Source of the DNA: an uncultured Vicinamibacteraceae bacterium
Lineage (GTDB): Bacteria; Acidobacteriota; Vicinamibacteria; Vicinamibacterales; UBA8438
Assembly: GCA_964591245.1 (NCBI GenBank)
Contig: CAZPZZ010000004.1
Coordinates: 1,079-38,249, forward strand
Length of the DNA: 37,171 nucleotides
Reading direction: 5' to 3'
Of this stretch, positions 9,859-19,464 are shown piece after piece (the first letter of the stretch is position 1; the number at the start of each line of letters is the position of its first letter). A program made the position numbers and the translations under genes. The notes below the pieces were generated by a model, which worked only from the letters and a program-made list of their open reading frames with translations, searched no databases and was not told the origin of the DNA.

Positions 9859-10860
9859 TCACTCGCAGCCCCCGACTGCGCCATCGGGCCCACACACCCT
9901 CGACAACACCTTGCTGACGTAGTCACGGGTTTCTCCGTACAGGACAACCTGCCCGCGGACGTAGCGCTCAGCAAATCCAGGTCCTGCGTTGTAGGCCACA
10001 AGCGCAAGTTCCAGATCCCCAAACTTTTCCAGTAGCTGCGAGAAATAACGTACGCCTCCTTCGACGTTTTGCTCAGGTACAAGGGGGTTTACACCTAATT
10101 CCCTCGCGGTCATCGGCATGAGCTGCATCAGACCGATCGCACCAGCATGTGAGCGTGCGTCAGGGTCAAAGGCGGATTCGACCTCGATGATGGCCCGTAC
10201 GACGGCTGACTCAACGGAGTACGCGTCAGCGTACCGTTGGATAATGACGTCAAACGGCTCGGGAGCGATATCTCGCCCTGTGAGCGGCGGGATAGGCTCA
10301 CGTGCTCGCGGCGTGGTCGCGCGCACATACGCCCTATCAAGATAAGCAGCTGCTGCCTCGCGCCCGTATCCAACAGCCGTCATCAGCCGTGCGGTATCGA
10401 GCGCTCGGCGCCTGATACGTCCCGCGACAACATCGGCTGTCTCGCGCGCCGAGTACCCGACAGCGTCCATCCGGTACGCCATCCGGTTACGGGCCGCAAC
10501 CCCCGGCGACGCGATCACCTCTAGTCCCGTGTCGAGTCTGGCCGCGTCACGAACCTCATCAAACGTAAACGGTCCCAAAGGGGCACGTCCGACCACGGCT
10601 TCAGCCAACTGCGAAAAATCCGTCCAGGCCGCGACTCGTTCACCATCTGTCATGGCATCCTGCCGTCGAACGAGTTCCTCGAACGCCCGGTGTACGGAGG
10701 TCAAATCGAAAAGCCGGACAACGAGTTCCCCGCTCGATTCGGGCTGGATAGCCGCAACTTCATTCGCCGACACCTCAGAATCAACCGCGCCACCGGCTAA
10801 GACCAGCAAGAGAACGACAAGGGTGGTGAACGCGACCGTCACGTTTCTATTCTCTGGCAA
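9859..10860 (-). CDS. Lytic transglycosylase (SLT domain) with N-terminal anchor and unknown helical domain
   Basis: IIEVESAF (catalytic Glu), GAIGLMQLMP, AYNAGPG, ETRDYV. TTG start is uncertain. Confidence 0.88.
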   Translation of the reverse strand: MPENRNVTVAFTTLVVLLLVLAGGAVDSEVSANEVAAIQPESSGELVVRLFDLTSVHRAFEELVRRQDAMTDGERVAAWTDFSQLAEAVVGRAPLGPFTFDEVRDAARLDTGLEVIASPGVAARNRMAYRMDAVGYSARETADVVAGRIRRRALDTARLMTAVGYGREAAAAYLDRAYVRATTPRAREPIPPLTGRDIAPEPFDVIIQRYADAYSVESAVVRAIIEVESAFDPDARSHAGAIGLMQLMPMTARELGVNPLVPEQNVEGGVRYFSQLLEKFGDLELALVAYNAGPGFAERYVRGQVVLYGETRDYVSKVLSRVCGPDGAVGGCE

Positions 10861-11323
10861 AGGTACCCGGAGTTGCAGTCGCGAGGCACCGCTCTAGGAC
10901 ATCTTGGTTCCGGACGACACGAATGCGGACGCTGGTGCCGGCGCCAATCCGCTGGAGTCCAGTCCATAGGTCGGCACCGGTATGCACTGGATATCCTGCG
11001 ATGTCGAGTACGACGTCACCGGTCCGTAGTCCGGCCTTCGCGGCCGGTGATCCCTCGATCACACCTCGAATGATCGCGTCTGCCGTATTCGTCACGACCC
11101 CGATGAACGCCTGCGACCCGGACGTCTTCGCCAGATCCGACACGCTCTGCCCCCGGAACGCCTGCGAGAACGTGTTGACGGGTGGTATCGATCGACGTCC
11201 GCACTCCACTGCCATGAACTCGGGTCCTCCCGGTGTTAGAGCCTCGAGCGTCAAGAGCAAGAGGAACGACACCACCGCCATCCCCTGGAACAGGCGCCGC
11301 ATCATGGATGACCATCCTGCCAC
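10847..11323 (-). CDS. Secreted single-PDZ-domain protein
   Basis: AFIGV...IIRGVIEGSPAAKAGLRTGDVVLDIAG...IRVVR; hydrophobic N-terminus; no protease domain. Confidence 0.75.
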   Translation of the reverse strand: MAGWSSMMRRLFQGMAVVSFLLLLTLEALTPGGPEFMAVECGRRSIPPVNTFSQAFRGQSVSDLAKTSGSQAFIGVVTNTADAIIRGVIEGSPAAKAGLRTGDVVLDIAGYPVHTGADLWTGLQRIGAGTSVRIRVVRNQDVLERCLATATPGTFARE

Positions 11324-11435
11324 ATCCGCTCACCATTCCCATGCGCACAACTGACCCCATTCATTTGACACGGTCCGACCGAATTGATGTTCAGTGAGAT
11401 AATCCACCGCAATGGTATCTATCGAGGAGGAATCC

Positions 11436-11948
11436 GTGACCAGACCGGTACAATCCTGCAGCGCAACCTCGGTGTGCAGACAACTTGCCACCGGTGTGGC
11501 CATTGGCCTCGTCGCAGCCACGGGAACATTCGCTCAATCTCCGGACGTGATGGACCCCGCAAGCAACGTGCTTGCCCTCGAGCGCCAAGTCGAAACCGCA
11601 GTACTTGAAGCCAACGTAACCTTCCTCGATCAGATCTGTGCGGAGGACTTCACCTACTCCCACGGAGACGGCTGGACCACCGGCAAGCCCCTCCTCGGAA
11701 TCGACCAAAGATCGGAGTGGTTGGCATCACTCCAGGGTCGTTATGTCCAACGCGAGGTGGATTCCCAACAGATCGAGATGCACGGCGATGTCGCCATCAC
11801 CATGGGGCGGGTACGGGCACGTACGGGAGGCTCGGACGAGGCGCAACGTGCATTTAGTTTCTGGTATATCCGCGTCTGGGCGTATCGCGATAACGAGTGG
11901 CGTTATCTCTCACACCGAACCGTACAGGGTCCGAACTACGAAAATTAA
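11436..11948 (+). CDS. Secreted NTF2/SnoaL-like (DUF4440-type) protein
   Basis: GTG 11436 is 5 nt after GAGGAGG; AEDFTYSHGDG, HGDVAITMGR, YIRVWAYRDNEWRYLSHR. Confidence 0.8.
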   Translation: MTRPVQSCSATSVCRQLATGVAIGLVAATGTFAQSPDVMDPASNVLALERQVETAVLEANVTFLDQICAEDFTYSHGDGWTTGKPLLGIDQRSEWLASLQGRYVQREVDSQQIEMHGDVAITMGRVRARTGGSDEAQRAFSFWYIRVWAYRDNEWRYLSHRTVQGPNYEN

Positions 11949-12006
11949 GTCTGGCACCATCCCACTGCTCGCAGAAATCCAGGCAGTCCTCCGACCAAGA
12001 AATCTC

Positions 12007-13233
12007 TCAGACTGCAGGGGTTGGCTCCGCCAGCAGCGTCTCGATCTGTGAGGTCATCTCTTCCAAGGTCTCGGTATAGAAGCTCCCACTTGCCGGACTC
12101 GGAAAGCCGGCGTGCACTGCCCGTACTCGCCCGTCACGCCCAAGGATGAACGTCGTAGGGAACGCATTAAGGTTCACCGCCTGCGGCACCTTCGCGCTGA
12201 CGTCGTCCGGAACGCCCGCGAGCAAAAACGTGTAATCGAGACCATAACGCTCAATGAATGCCCGCAAGCGAGTGGGGTCGGCGAGCTGCTCCTGCTCTTC
12301 AAACGAGAGAGCCACGATCTCCAATCCCTGCGCTTGATAGGTCTTGTAGAGACCAGAGAGAAACGGAGCCTCGTCGTGACAATTCGGACACCAGCTTCCC
12401 GTGATACTCACGAGCACCACTTTGCCAGCAAATCGAGCATCGTCATGACTCACCATCCGGCCTTCGAGGTCGGGAAAGTCAAACTGAAAGGGTTCCTCTG
12501 AATCCCGGACGGTCGTGAACTGAGATGGGTCCGTCGGCGAGGGCAGCGTCATCGCGGCCGGACCCTCTGAGGGAAAGGCCACCAGTTCACGTTGTCCGTT
12601 CTGCACGAGCAACAATGAACCATCGTCCTGCGGGGTCACCTCGAGCAGCAGCGGTCGAGCACCGGAAAAGTGACTCATGACGAACGTCCCATCGCGGTAC
12701 CGGCCGGTCAAGTTTCCGGTGTCGCCGTCGACACGGAGAATCGCCCCCGACACTTCGGCCCCCGTCTGCCGAACAATGAAGCGCCACGCTTTCTCGCCCT
12801 TGCTGCTCTCGGTCGGAATGATCCAGACTCCCGCAATGGAGGGACTCGTCACATTGGTCGATTCAATCGCCACGGCGGGCTGGGCCCGGAAAGGATACGG
12901 AGCCCGAACTCCACGCAGGTACTGCCCCTCGAGCCGTCCATCGATGTAATTCGCCTCGAGGCGCGTCCCGTACTGATCGAACTCGATGACGACCCCACCA
13001 TTGTCGAGCTGTCCTCCGGTCGACTCGATGAGCAGATCACCGTTGAAGAACATCCCGCCAAGTGACGAGACATCCTGCGTGATCTCGAAGACAAATGGCA
13101 CATCAACGTCGTTGACCGTTACCGTTGCATTCCATCGCCCAGCGAGTGACGGCGGTTCCGGTGGCGCCAGACAACCGAACGAAACTCCGAGTGTCACCAG
13201 CATCAACCACACCGCGATCGACTTACAATTCAT
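12007..13233 (-). CDS. TlpA/ResA-like thiol-disulfide oxidoreductase, probable lipoprotein with extended N-terminal beta domains
   Basis: GKVVLVSITGSWCPNCHDEAP, AFPTTFILGRDG (cis-Pro); lipobox-like SFGC; GAGGTG RBS. Confidence 0.88.
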   Translation of the reverse strand: MNCKSIAVWLMLVTLGVSFGCLAPPEPPSLAGRWNATVTVNDVDVPFVFEITQDVSSLGGMFFNGDLLIESTGGQLDNGGVVIEFDQYGTRLEANYIDGRLEGQYLRGVRAPYPFRAQPAVAIESTNVTSPSIAGVWIIPTESSKGEKAWRFIVRQTGAEVSGAILRVDGDTGNLTGRYRDGTFVMSHFSGARPLLLEVTPQDDGSLLLVQNGQRELVAFPSEGPAAMTLPSPTDPSQFTTVRDSEEPFQFDFPDLEGRMVSHDDARFAGKVVLVSITGSWCPNCHDEAPFLSGLYKTYQAQGLEIVALSFEEQEQLADPTRLRAFIERYGLDYTFLLAGVPDDVSAKVPQAVNLNAFPTTFILGRDGRVRAVHAGFPSPASGSFYTETLEEMTSQIETLLAEPTPAV

Positions 13234-13291
13234 CGGTCACCTCGCACGAAGTTCGTTCTATTGGAGCCATTGAAAAAACCCGTGAAGCCCA

Positions 13292-13813
13292 TCATCGTCT
13301 CTGGGAAGATGTTTCTCGTTCCTTCAGGATCAGATCACACACTTCCCTCACAGCGCCCTGCCCTCCGGGTCGAAGGGTTGAGAATCTGGCCGCCGCCTTC
13401 ACCTCGGGGTACGCGTCGGCGACACAGATCCCAACGCCTACATGCCGCAAACAATCCAGATCGTTAATATCGTTTCCCACGTACGCAACTCGACCAGGAT
13501 CGATGCCCCGCTCGGTGAGGATACGCTGGAGCGCCTCCCACTTCGTATCGCCCAACCCCTGAACACACTCCAGACCAAGCTTGGCAGCCCGAGCCGACAC
13601 CACGGGATTCGTTTCCGTAGATAACACCAGACATCCCACACCAGAGCGGACCAATGCTTGCAGCCCAAGTCCGTCGGCGCGCGAACAAAACACCGCCTCC
13701 CGACCATCCTCCATGACGAGGACACGATTGTCGGTGAAGACACCATCGAAATCGAACACCACAAAGGTGACCGCGTCCAGATCTTCGCGTCTGAGTTGAA
13801 ACGTCACGTTCAT
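13292..13813 (-). CDS. KdsC/YrbI-like HAD phosphatase (Kdo-8-P or related nonulosonate-phosphate phosphatase)
   Basis: FDFDGVFTDN, DGLG, YVGNDINDL, GGQGAVREVCDLIL. Confidence 0.85.
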   Translation of the reverse strand: MNVTFQLRREDLDAVTFVVFDFDGVFTDNRVLVMEDGREAVFCSRADGLGLQALVRSGVGCLVLSTETNPVVSARAAKLGLECVQGLGDTKWEALQRILTERGIDPGRVAYVGNDINDLDCLRHVGVGICVADAYPEVKAAARFSTLRPGGQGAVREVCDLILKERETSSQRR

Positions 13814-13923
13814 CCTGTCGGTGAATGCCGCTCCGCCATTCGATGATCACGCAGAGGCGCGGCTCCAAGAACGCCCTTTCTCCGGGCTCTGTCGATGACC
13901 TACCGATTCACTCGCCACACACT

Positions 13924-14691
13924 TCAGATCGGCTCCAAATTCTCAGCCAGAATCCACCCCACCGTGCCATCTTCGAGGGAAATCTCGATCCACGTATCAG
14001 TTCGACGGTCAATCTGCACCTTGGTGCCTTCGTGGATGGAGAAAATCTGGAGCGCGGCATCATCCGACGGTGCGCTCTGCACGTGAACCTCTTCCGCCAT
14101 GACGATCGCTTCCTCGGCACGTCCAAGCGAAAACTCTCTCACCCCGAGGTTAATCCCGAAGACCACCGTGACTGCACCGGCGATGCCAGCCACACGCCGG
14201 CCCCAGGTCGCGAAGTGCTCGGGACGAAAAAGCACGGCAACAATCGCGCCCATCGCCACGAGGTATGCAAGCGCGACAAGCCAGACCAGCACAACACGGG
14301 GCAGCCAGCTCACCCACCAGTCCACAACACGAAACAACCAGAACGTCGGCCGGATAGTGATGTCATCAGCCGTCATGGACCGGGCGAGTTCGATATTCGC
14401 CCGGAGATCGTCATCTCCGGGCATCAAACGACGGGCACGTTCGTAGTACAGCATTGCCGGACCCAATTGACCGATCTTGAAGTACGTATTCCCGAGGTTG
14501 TAATACAGCTCGCCGCTTTCGAGTCCCTCATCGAGCACACGAACATATCTCTCGAGGGCACCATGGAAATCGCCCTGCTGATACCGCTGGTTCCCCTCGT
14601 CGAAGAACGCTTCCTGAGCTTTACCGGTCCCGACAGCGTGAAGTACCAACCACCCGGCGGTTACCAGCGTGTACCAGCTCTGTCGGGTCAT
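13924..14691 (-). CDS. batE: BatE: TPR + TM + SH3-like protein
   Basis: LYYNLGNTYFK TPR, two TM helices, IHEGTKVQI...GTVGWI SH3; ATGA overlap with batD. Confidence 0.85.
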   Translation of the reverse strand: MTRQSWYTLVTAGWLVLHAVGTGKAQEAFFDEGNQRYQQGDFHGALERYVRVLDEGLESGELYYNLGNTYFKIGQLGPAMLYYERARRLMPGDDDLRANIELARSMTADDITIRPTFWLFRVVDWWVSWLPRVVLVWLVALAYLVAMGAIVAVLFRPEHFATWGRRVAGIAGAVTVVFGINLGVREFSLGRAEEAIVMAEEVHVQSAPSDDAALQIFSIHEGTKVQIDRRTDTWIEISLEDGTVGWILAENLEPI

Positions 14692-16541
14692 GTCATCGCC
14701 TGGTCGAGGTCCGTCATCGCTTGTCCCGCACGGTCCAACATCTCCTGCATGGCCGTGTCGTCAGGCTCAACGGGCGCAAAGCGTTGTCGGTCACAGTCTT
14801 CGAGACAACTCAGATACAAATCAATTACATCGGAAGGAACCTGCCGATCGGAAAGCAAGCCACGAACGGAGTCATGAATCAAGCCAGCTTCGGCGACGTT
14901 AAGTTTATCTCCGAGAAATCCGTACATCGCTCGAGCAACCTCGGCATGGAACTCGCGGTGACTCCGCTGCGTCCTCAACGTCTCCGCCCTGGCGAAACGT
15001 CCTTTCGCAACACGCGACGCCCGCCGACGGCGCGCATAGGCCACATCTCCCCGTAACCGATCTTGATGGCGCCGTATCGCCGCGGCACCGGCAACCGCGA
15101 ACAATGGCAGCACCAGTACACTCCAAAAGGACACACTACCCACCAACGAGCGGTCTATCGGATGAAAACTTGGGATCGCCACGCGGATAAAGCGAATGTC
15201 TTGCCGCTGCAGGTCGATACCCGTACGCAGGCGACCGATAGAAACAGTGGAAGCCTCCACCGCATCGCCGGACACCGTCAAAGCAATGGGTGCCGACGCG
15301 GCGACCTCGTAGGTGCCCTGCGCGGCATCCAAATACGCCAGTTCGATGGCAGGAATGACTGTCTCACCAGGCGCTCTAGGCACGAGAACGTACTCGAAAA
15401 CCTTACGACTCCGCACCCCGTCTACGGTAGGCTCAACCCGCTCACTCACATCGGGCGGGTACACTTCAAGATCTTGCGGAAAATCCACCACGGGTGCAGC
15501 CAGTGTGCGGATATTGCCGGTCGCTGACATCTCGACCCTGAACGTCAGTGCATCGTTCGTCTCAATTCCAACGCTCCCATCACGATCGAGCGATGCGGCC
15601 ACGGTAAGCTCACCAACCAGACCGGTGAACGAAGGCGGTTCCCCTTCCGGCAACGGCATCACCTCGATGTCCACCGGACTCGACCCGACGCCGAGCGCCA
15701 CGCGTCCACCAAACAGGCCCCCACCCAATAATCCGCCAAAGGGATTTCCGAATGGATCTCCGAACCCACGGGAACGTCGTTGCCTTCGAACCTGCACCTC
15801 GAGCAACATCGGTTCCAGCGTCTTCGAACCCGCGCTCGTCGGGAATACGGCCACCCGACGAATCACGCGACTCGCATACTGGACGCCGTCACGAACAACC
15901 TGCTCAACCGGCCCTCGCTCCAGCGGGAGTTCCTCAACCCAAAAACCGGCTGTGCTTGGCTGTTGGGTGACATCAAACCCTTCAACATCGACACGCGTAA
16001 AGATTCGATACTCCACGACAACGGGCTCATTCACGTACACGCGCGTCTTACTCGGCGTCGCCGTCACAAACAGATCCTCGGCGGCCACCCCCCCATCTCC
16101 GCTCCTCGAACGGGAACGTCCGGAAGCAGTAGGCGCCCCGGCAATTCGAATCTGGAGTCGTTCAGTGCGGAGATTCCTACCTTCAACCGGAACCGTCACT
16201 GCCCCGATCTCAAAGGTTCCTTCCGCAGTAGCCTGATATTGGTATTGAATTGTCAATGACGTGGTCGTGCGACCGTTGACAAATTGCATCGAGGTCGAGG
16301 TACCCGATCCCAGATACGCAGCAAACGCCGACAGGTCAGGCAATTCGGGATCACCCTGAATCTGCTGGGTTCCCTGGACCTCGACGTTCAATACGAACCG
16401 CCGATTCAGGGCCACCTCATTCTCACTGAGATAGGCACGAACCTCCTGGGCAATTCCAGGCATCGGGTACGTCGCCAGCAGCGCGAGCACAAGCAACACT
16501 ACCCGAGGTACTCGACAGAATATCTGTACGGTGATCACCAT
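14688..16541 (-). CDS. batD: BatD family protein
   Basis: STSMQFVNG, YVNEPVVVEYRI, LVGELTV, GNI, FEYVLVPR; C-terminal TM; operon position. Confidence 0.88.
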   Translation of the reverse strand: MVITVQIFCRVPRVVLLVLALLATYPMPGIAQEVRAYLSENEVALNRRFVLNVEVQGTQQIQGDPELPDLSAFAAYLGSGTSTSMQFVNGRTTTSLTIQYQYQATAEGTFEIGAVTVPVEGRNLRTERLQIRIAGAPTASGRSRSRSGDGGVAAEDLFVTATPSKTRVYVNEPVVVEYRIFTRVDVEGFDVTQQPSTAGFWVEELPLERGPVEQVVRDGVQYASRVIRRVAVFPTSAGSKTLEPMLLEVQVRRQRRSRGFGDPFGNPFGGLLGGGLFGGRVALGVGSSPVDIEVMPLPEGEPPSFTGLVGELTVAASLDRDGSVGIETNDALTFRVEMSATGNIRTLAAPVVDFPQDLEVYPPDVSERVEPTVDGVRSRKVFEYVLVPRAPGETVIPAIELAYLDAAQGTYEVAASAPIALTVSGDAVEASTVSIGRLRTGIDLQRQDIRFIRVAIPSFHPIDRSLVGSVSFWSVLVLPLFAVAGAAAIRRHQDRLRGDVAYARRRRASRVAKGRFARAETLRTQRSHREFHAEVARAMYGFLGDKLNVAEAGLIHDSVRGLLSDRQVPSDVIDLYLSCLEDCDRQRFAPVEPDDTAMQEMLDRAGQAMTDLDQAMT

Positions 16542-17401
16542 GGTCTCCGGGGCGGCCTCGCGGGCATCGTCGTCCGGCGACGACGTTGGATCTCGCCAGG
16601 GTTCTCAGTGATCGCCTGAAGCAACCGCTCCGCCTCTTCCTGGGTCAATTCACCAGGTTGAGACTGTGGGTCACCCTCCGACTGACCAGACTGATCTGGA
16701 GACTCCTCACCATCAGACGGCGTACCCTCAGGCTGATCGTCCTCGTCGGGATCTTGCTGAGGTTGTTCCTCATTCGCCTGATTCTCTTGCTCCGGATCTT
16801 GATTGGAGTCTTGTGATGACCGTTGGCCCTGATCATCATCATCTGACTCTGATTCGCTCTGTTGGGAGTCCTGATCGCCCTGCTGCTCACCGTCCTCGTT
16901 TTGGTCCTGGTTGTCGTCCTGTTCCTCTGATTCGTCGGATGAGTCCTGCTGCTGTTGCTCCTGCTGCTGCAATTGCTCCAGCGCCAACTCCAGATTGTGT
17001 TTCGCATCTCCGTCCGATGGATTCCGTCGCAACGCTTCCTTGTACGCCTCGACCGCCGGTTGGAGTTGCTGCTGCCGATACAAGGTGTTACCGAGGTTGT
17101 ACCAAGCACCCGCCGCGATGACTGGATCATTGCTGGTGGCTGCCTGTTCATAGGCTTCCAGTGCCCGCTGAAAATCCTCCGATCGGTACATGGCGTTGCC
17201 ATCATTGAAAGGCACGACCGGAGAGTTCGGAGCCTGACGCAACGCCTCCAGATAGCGTTCGTGCGCCTCCTGAAATTGGCCCTCCTCGTAGAACCGATTC
17301 CCCTCGGCAACCTCACTACGCCCCGGCTGCGCTGTAGCGAGCGGAGTCGCTCCCAATCCGCCAAGCACCACGCTCCAGGCGATCCAGAAGAATCGTGTCA
17401 C
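16535..17401 (-). CDS. batC: BatC: TPR protein with Q/D/E-rich low-complexity tail
   Basis: WYNLGNTLY, AYKEALRRNPSDGDAKHNLELA, acidic linker, EAERLLQA...W end. Confidence 0.85.
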   Translation of the reverse strand: MTRFFWIAWSVVLGGLGATPLATAQPGRSEVAEGNRFYEEGQFQEAHERYLEALRQAPNSPVVPFNDGNAMYRSEDFQRALEAYEQAATSNDPVIAAGAWYNLGNTLYRQQQLQPAVEAYKEALRRNPSDGDAKHNLELALEQLQQQEQQQQDSSDESEEQDDNQDQNEDGEQQGDQDSQQSESESDDDDQGQRSSQDSNQDPEQENQANEEQPQQDPDEDDQPEGTPSDGEESPDQSGQSEGDPQSQPGELTQEEAERLLQAITENPGEIQRRRRTTMPARPPRRPW

Positions 17402-18429
17402 CTAAACCTCCCCGACCAGCCGAGACTGACCCGTCGGCGGTCCGGCACGAGCACCTCGACGACGAGCAACAACAGCGCCAGCCCGAGAAATAACTGATAT
17501 TGCTCGTCGAAGACCGTCACCTGCTCCTGATCGAACTCTTGCCCTTCTCCGGCCGTCACCTCCTCGGCCAGCAGTTCCAACTCTGTCCCGGTAGCCGACG
17601 CATGATAGTAGAGGCCACCGGTGCGGACAGCCATCGCCTGCAACGTGGCCTCGTCAAGCCTCGTGGTCACCACCGCGCCTTCGCCGTCGCGCTTGAACCC
17701 CCGGCTACGTCCCTCCGCATCGAGTTCAGGAATTGGTACGCCTTCGGACGAACCGATACCCACGCTATAGATGCGAACACCTTCCTCGACGGCGCGCTCT
17801 ACCGCGCTTTCAACCTCACCCTCATGATCCTCACCGTCGGTGATCACGACGAGCACGCGATGTCGCCGGTCGGTCTCCGAAAACGCTTCAAGCGCAACGG
17901 AAACAGCCTGGCCGAGGTTCGTCCCCTGTAACGACATCATTGCAGGATCCATGGCATTCAGAAACAGGGTGGCGGCGCCATAGTCAATGGTCAGGGGACT
18001 CTGCACGAAGGCCTCTCCCGCGAAGGCCACCAGCCCAATCCGATCGCCATCCAATCGGCCGATCAGGTCTGCAATCGCTAATTTGGCCCGCTCTAGACGA
18101 TTTGGAGCAATATCTTCCGCCACCATCGAAACTGAAAGGTCCAATGCCACGACGATATCTTGCCCCTCGCGACGTACGGTTTCGACCCGGGTCCCGAACT
18201 GTGGCCGAGCCAGCGCGGTCACCAACAGACCCACCGCCATAACGTACAACACCGTCTTGGCCATACGCCCAGGACGATTAACCGTGGACGTCAGGCGCTC
18301 CAGGAGTGTTGGGTCAGCGATCAGTAACAGATCGCGACAACGGCGAACGTGCGCCCACCAGGCCAGCCCTACGAGAACTGGAATCACGACGTACGCGAAC
18401 AACATCTGCTCCGCAGCGAACCTGAACAT
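17398..18429 (-). CDS. batB: BatB: VWA domain membrane protein
   Basis: ALARPQFG, DLSVSM MIDAS, PNRLERAK, GLVAFAG, PLTIDY, ITDGEDH. Confidence 0.9.
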   Translation of the reverse strand: MFRFAAEQMLFAYVVIPVLVGLAWWAHVRRCRDLLLIADPTLLERLTSTVNRPGRMAKTVLYVMAVGLLVTALARPQFGTRVETVRREGQDIVVALDLSVSMVAEDIAPNRLERAKLAIADLIGRLDGDRIGLVAFAGEAFVQSPLTIDYGAATLFLNAMDPAMMSLQGTNLGQAVSVALEAFSETDRRHRVLVVITDGEDHEGEVESAVERAVEEGVRIYSVGIGSSEGVPIPELDAEGRSRGFKRDGEGAVVTTRLDEATLQAMAVRTGGLYYHASATGTELELLAEEVTAGEGQEFDQEQVTVFDEQYQLFLGLALLLLVVEVLVPDRRRVSLGWSGRFR

Positions 18430-18471
18430 AGTGCTCTGTGTCAGCCGATGGTGGCGATCACCATGCCATTC

Positions 18472-19464
18472 TCACGGTAACCGCCGCATGACAGTGGCCC
18501 CCAGACCAAACTCAAGGAATAGGAGCCCCATGCCAAGCAACAAGGGAACGTGGAACAGCTCTCCGTACCGGGTGAACTGTTCAACTTCAATCTCAGTCGT
18601 CTCCAATGCATCAATTTCCGCGTAGATTCGTTCCAGACTCTCTCGATCGGCGGCACGGAAGTACTGGCCTCCGGTGAGGCTCGCCGTTTCTTGTAACGTC
18701 TCCTCATCGATGTCAACACGAATCTGGGCATAGCGGCGACCGAAGAGCGGATCGTCCACAGGTACGCGTGCGACGCCCTGCGTCCCGGCCCCAATGGCGT
18801 AGATGCGGACGCCAAGTGCCTGTGCCATCTGAGCGGCAGTAACCGGATCAATTTCACCTCGGTTGTTGCGCCCATCGGTCAGCAACACAATGACCTTTGA
18901 CTCCGCATTGGAGCCCTGTAATCGCTTGACCGCCGTCGCCAGTCCCATACCAATGGCGGTGCCATCTTCGACGATGCCGGTCTCGAGTTCGCCCAGGATT
19001 GTGGTCACAACGTCGTAGTCCAATGTCAGCGGCACCTGCGTGAACGCATCGCCGGCGAACACGACCAGACCAATCCGATCATTTCGACGCCCCTCGACAA
19101 AATCCGCGGCTACCTGCTTCGCCGCGACGATCCGATTGGGCTCCAGATCTTCGGCGAGCATTGAACTTGACAGATCAAGCACGAGAATAATGTCGATACC
19201 GTCCGTCGTCACGTTCTCCGCCGTGAGCCCGGTCTGAGGACGCGCGAACGCCACAATACATGCAATCAAGGCCAAGGTACGCAGGGCGAACAGCACATGT
19301 CGGCGGCGCCCCGTCTGTTGGTGATCCGCCCGTCGCACAATGGCAACCGAGGAATAGCGAAGGGCAGCGCCCTGTTGGCGTCCGCGGATGACATACCAGT
19401 ACACGAGGAGCGGAACGGCCGCGAAAAGCAGCAAATACAGCGGGTCGGCAAATCGATAGATCAT
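18472..19464 (-). CDS. batA: BatA: VWA domain membrane protein
   Basis: AFARPQ, DLSSSMLAED, DRIGLVVFAG, GTAIGMGL, LLTDGRNNRG, IDEETL. Confidence 0.92.
   Translation of the reverse strand: MIYRFADPLYLLLFAAVPLLVYWYVIRGRQQGAALRYSSVAIVRRADHQQTGRRRHVLFALRTLALIACIVAFARPQTGLTAENVTTDGIDIILVLDLSSSMLAEDLEPNRIVAAKQVAADFVEGRRNDRIGLVVFAGDAFTQVPLTLDYDVVTTILGELETGIVEDGTAIGMGLATAVKRLQGSNAESKVIVLLTDGRNNRGEIDPVTAAQMAQALGVRIYAIGAGTQGVARVPVDDPLFGRRYAQIRVDIDEETLQETASLTGGQYFRAADRESLERIYAEIDALETTEIEVEQFTRYGELFHVPLLLGMGLLFLEFGLGATVMRRLP

Noticed and set aside
16946-16971. CAG/CTG triplet run as a phase-variable repeat
   Set aside because: Imperfect, in-frame poly-Gln coding within BatC.
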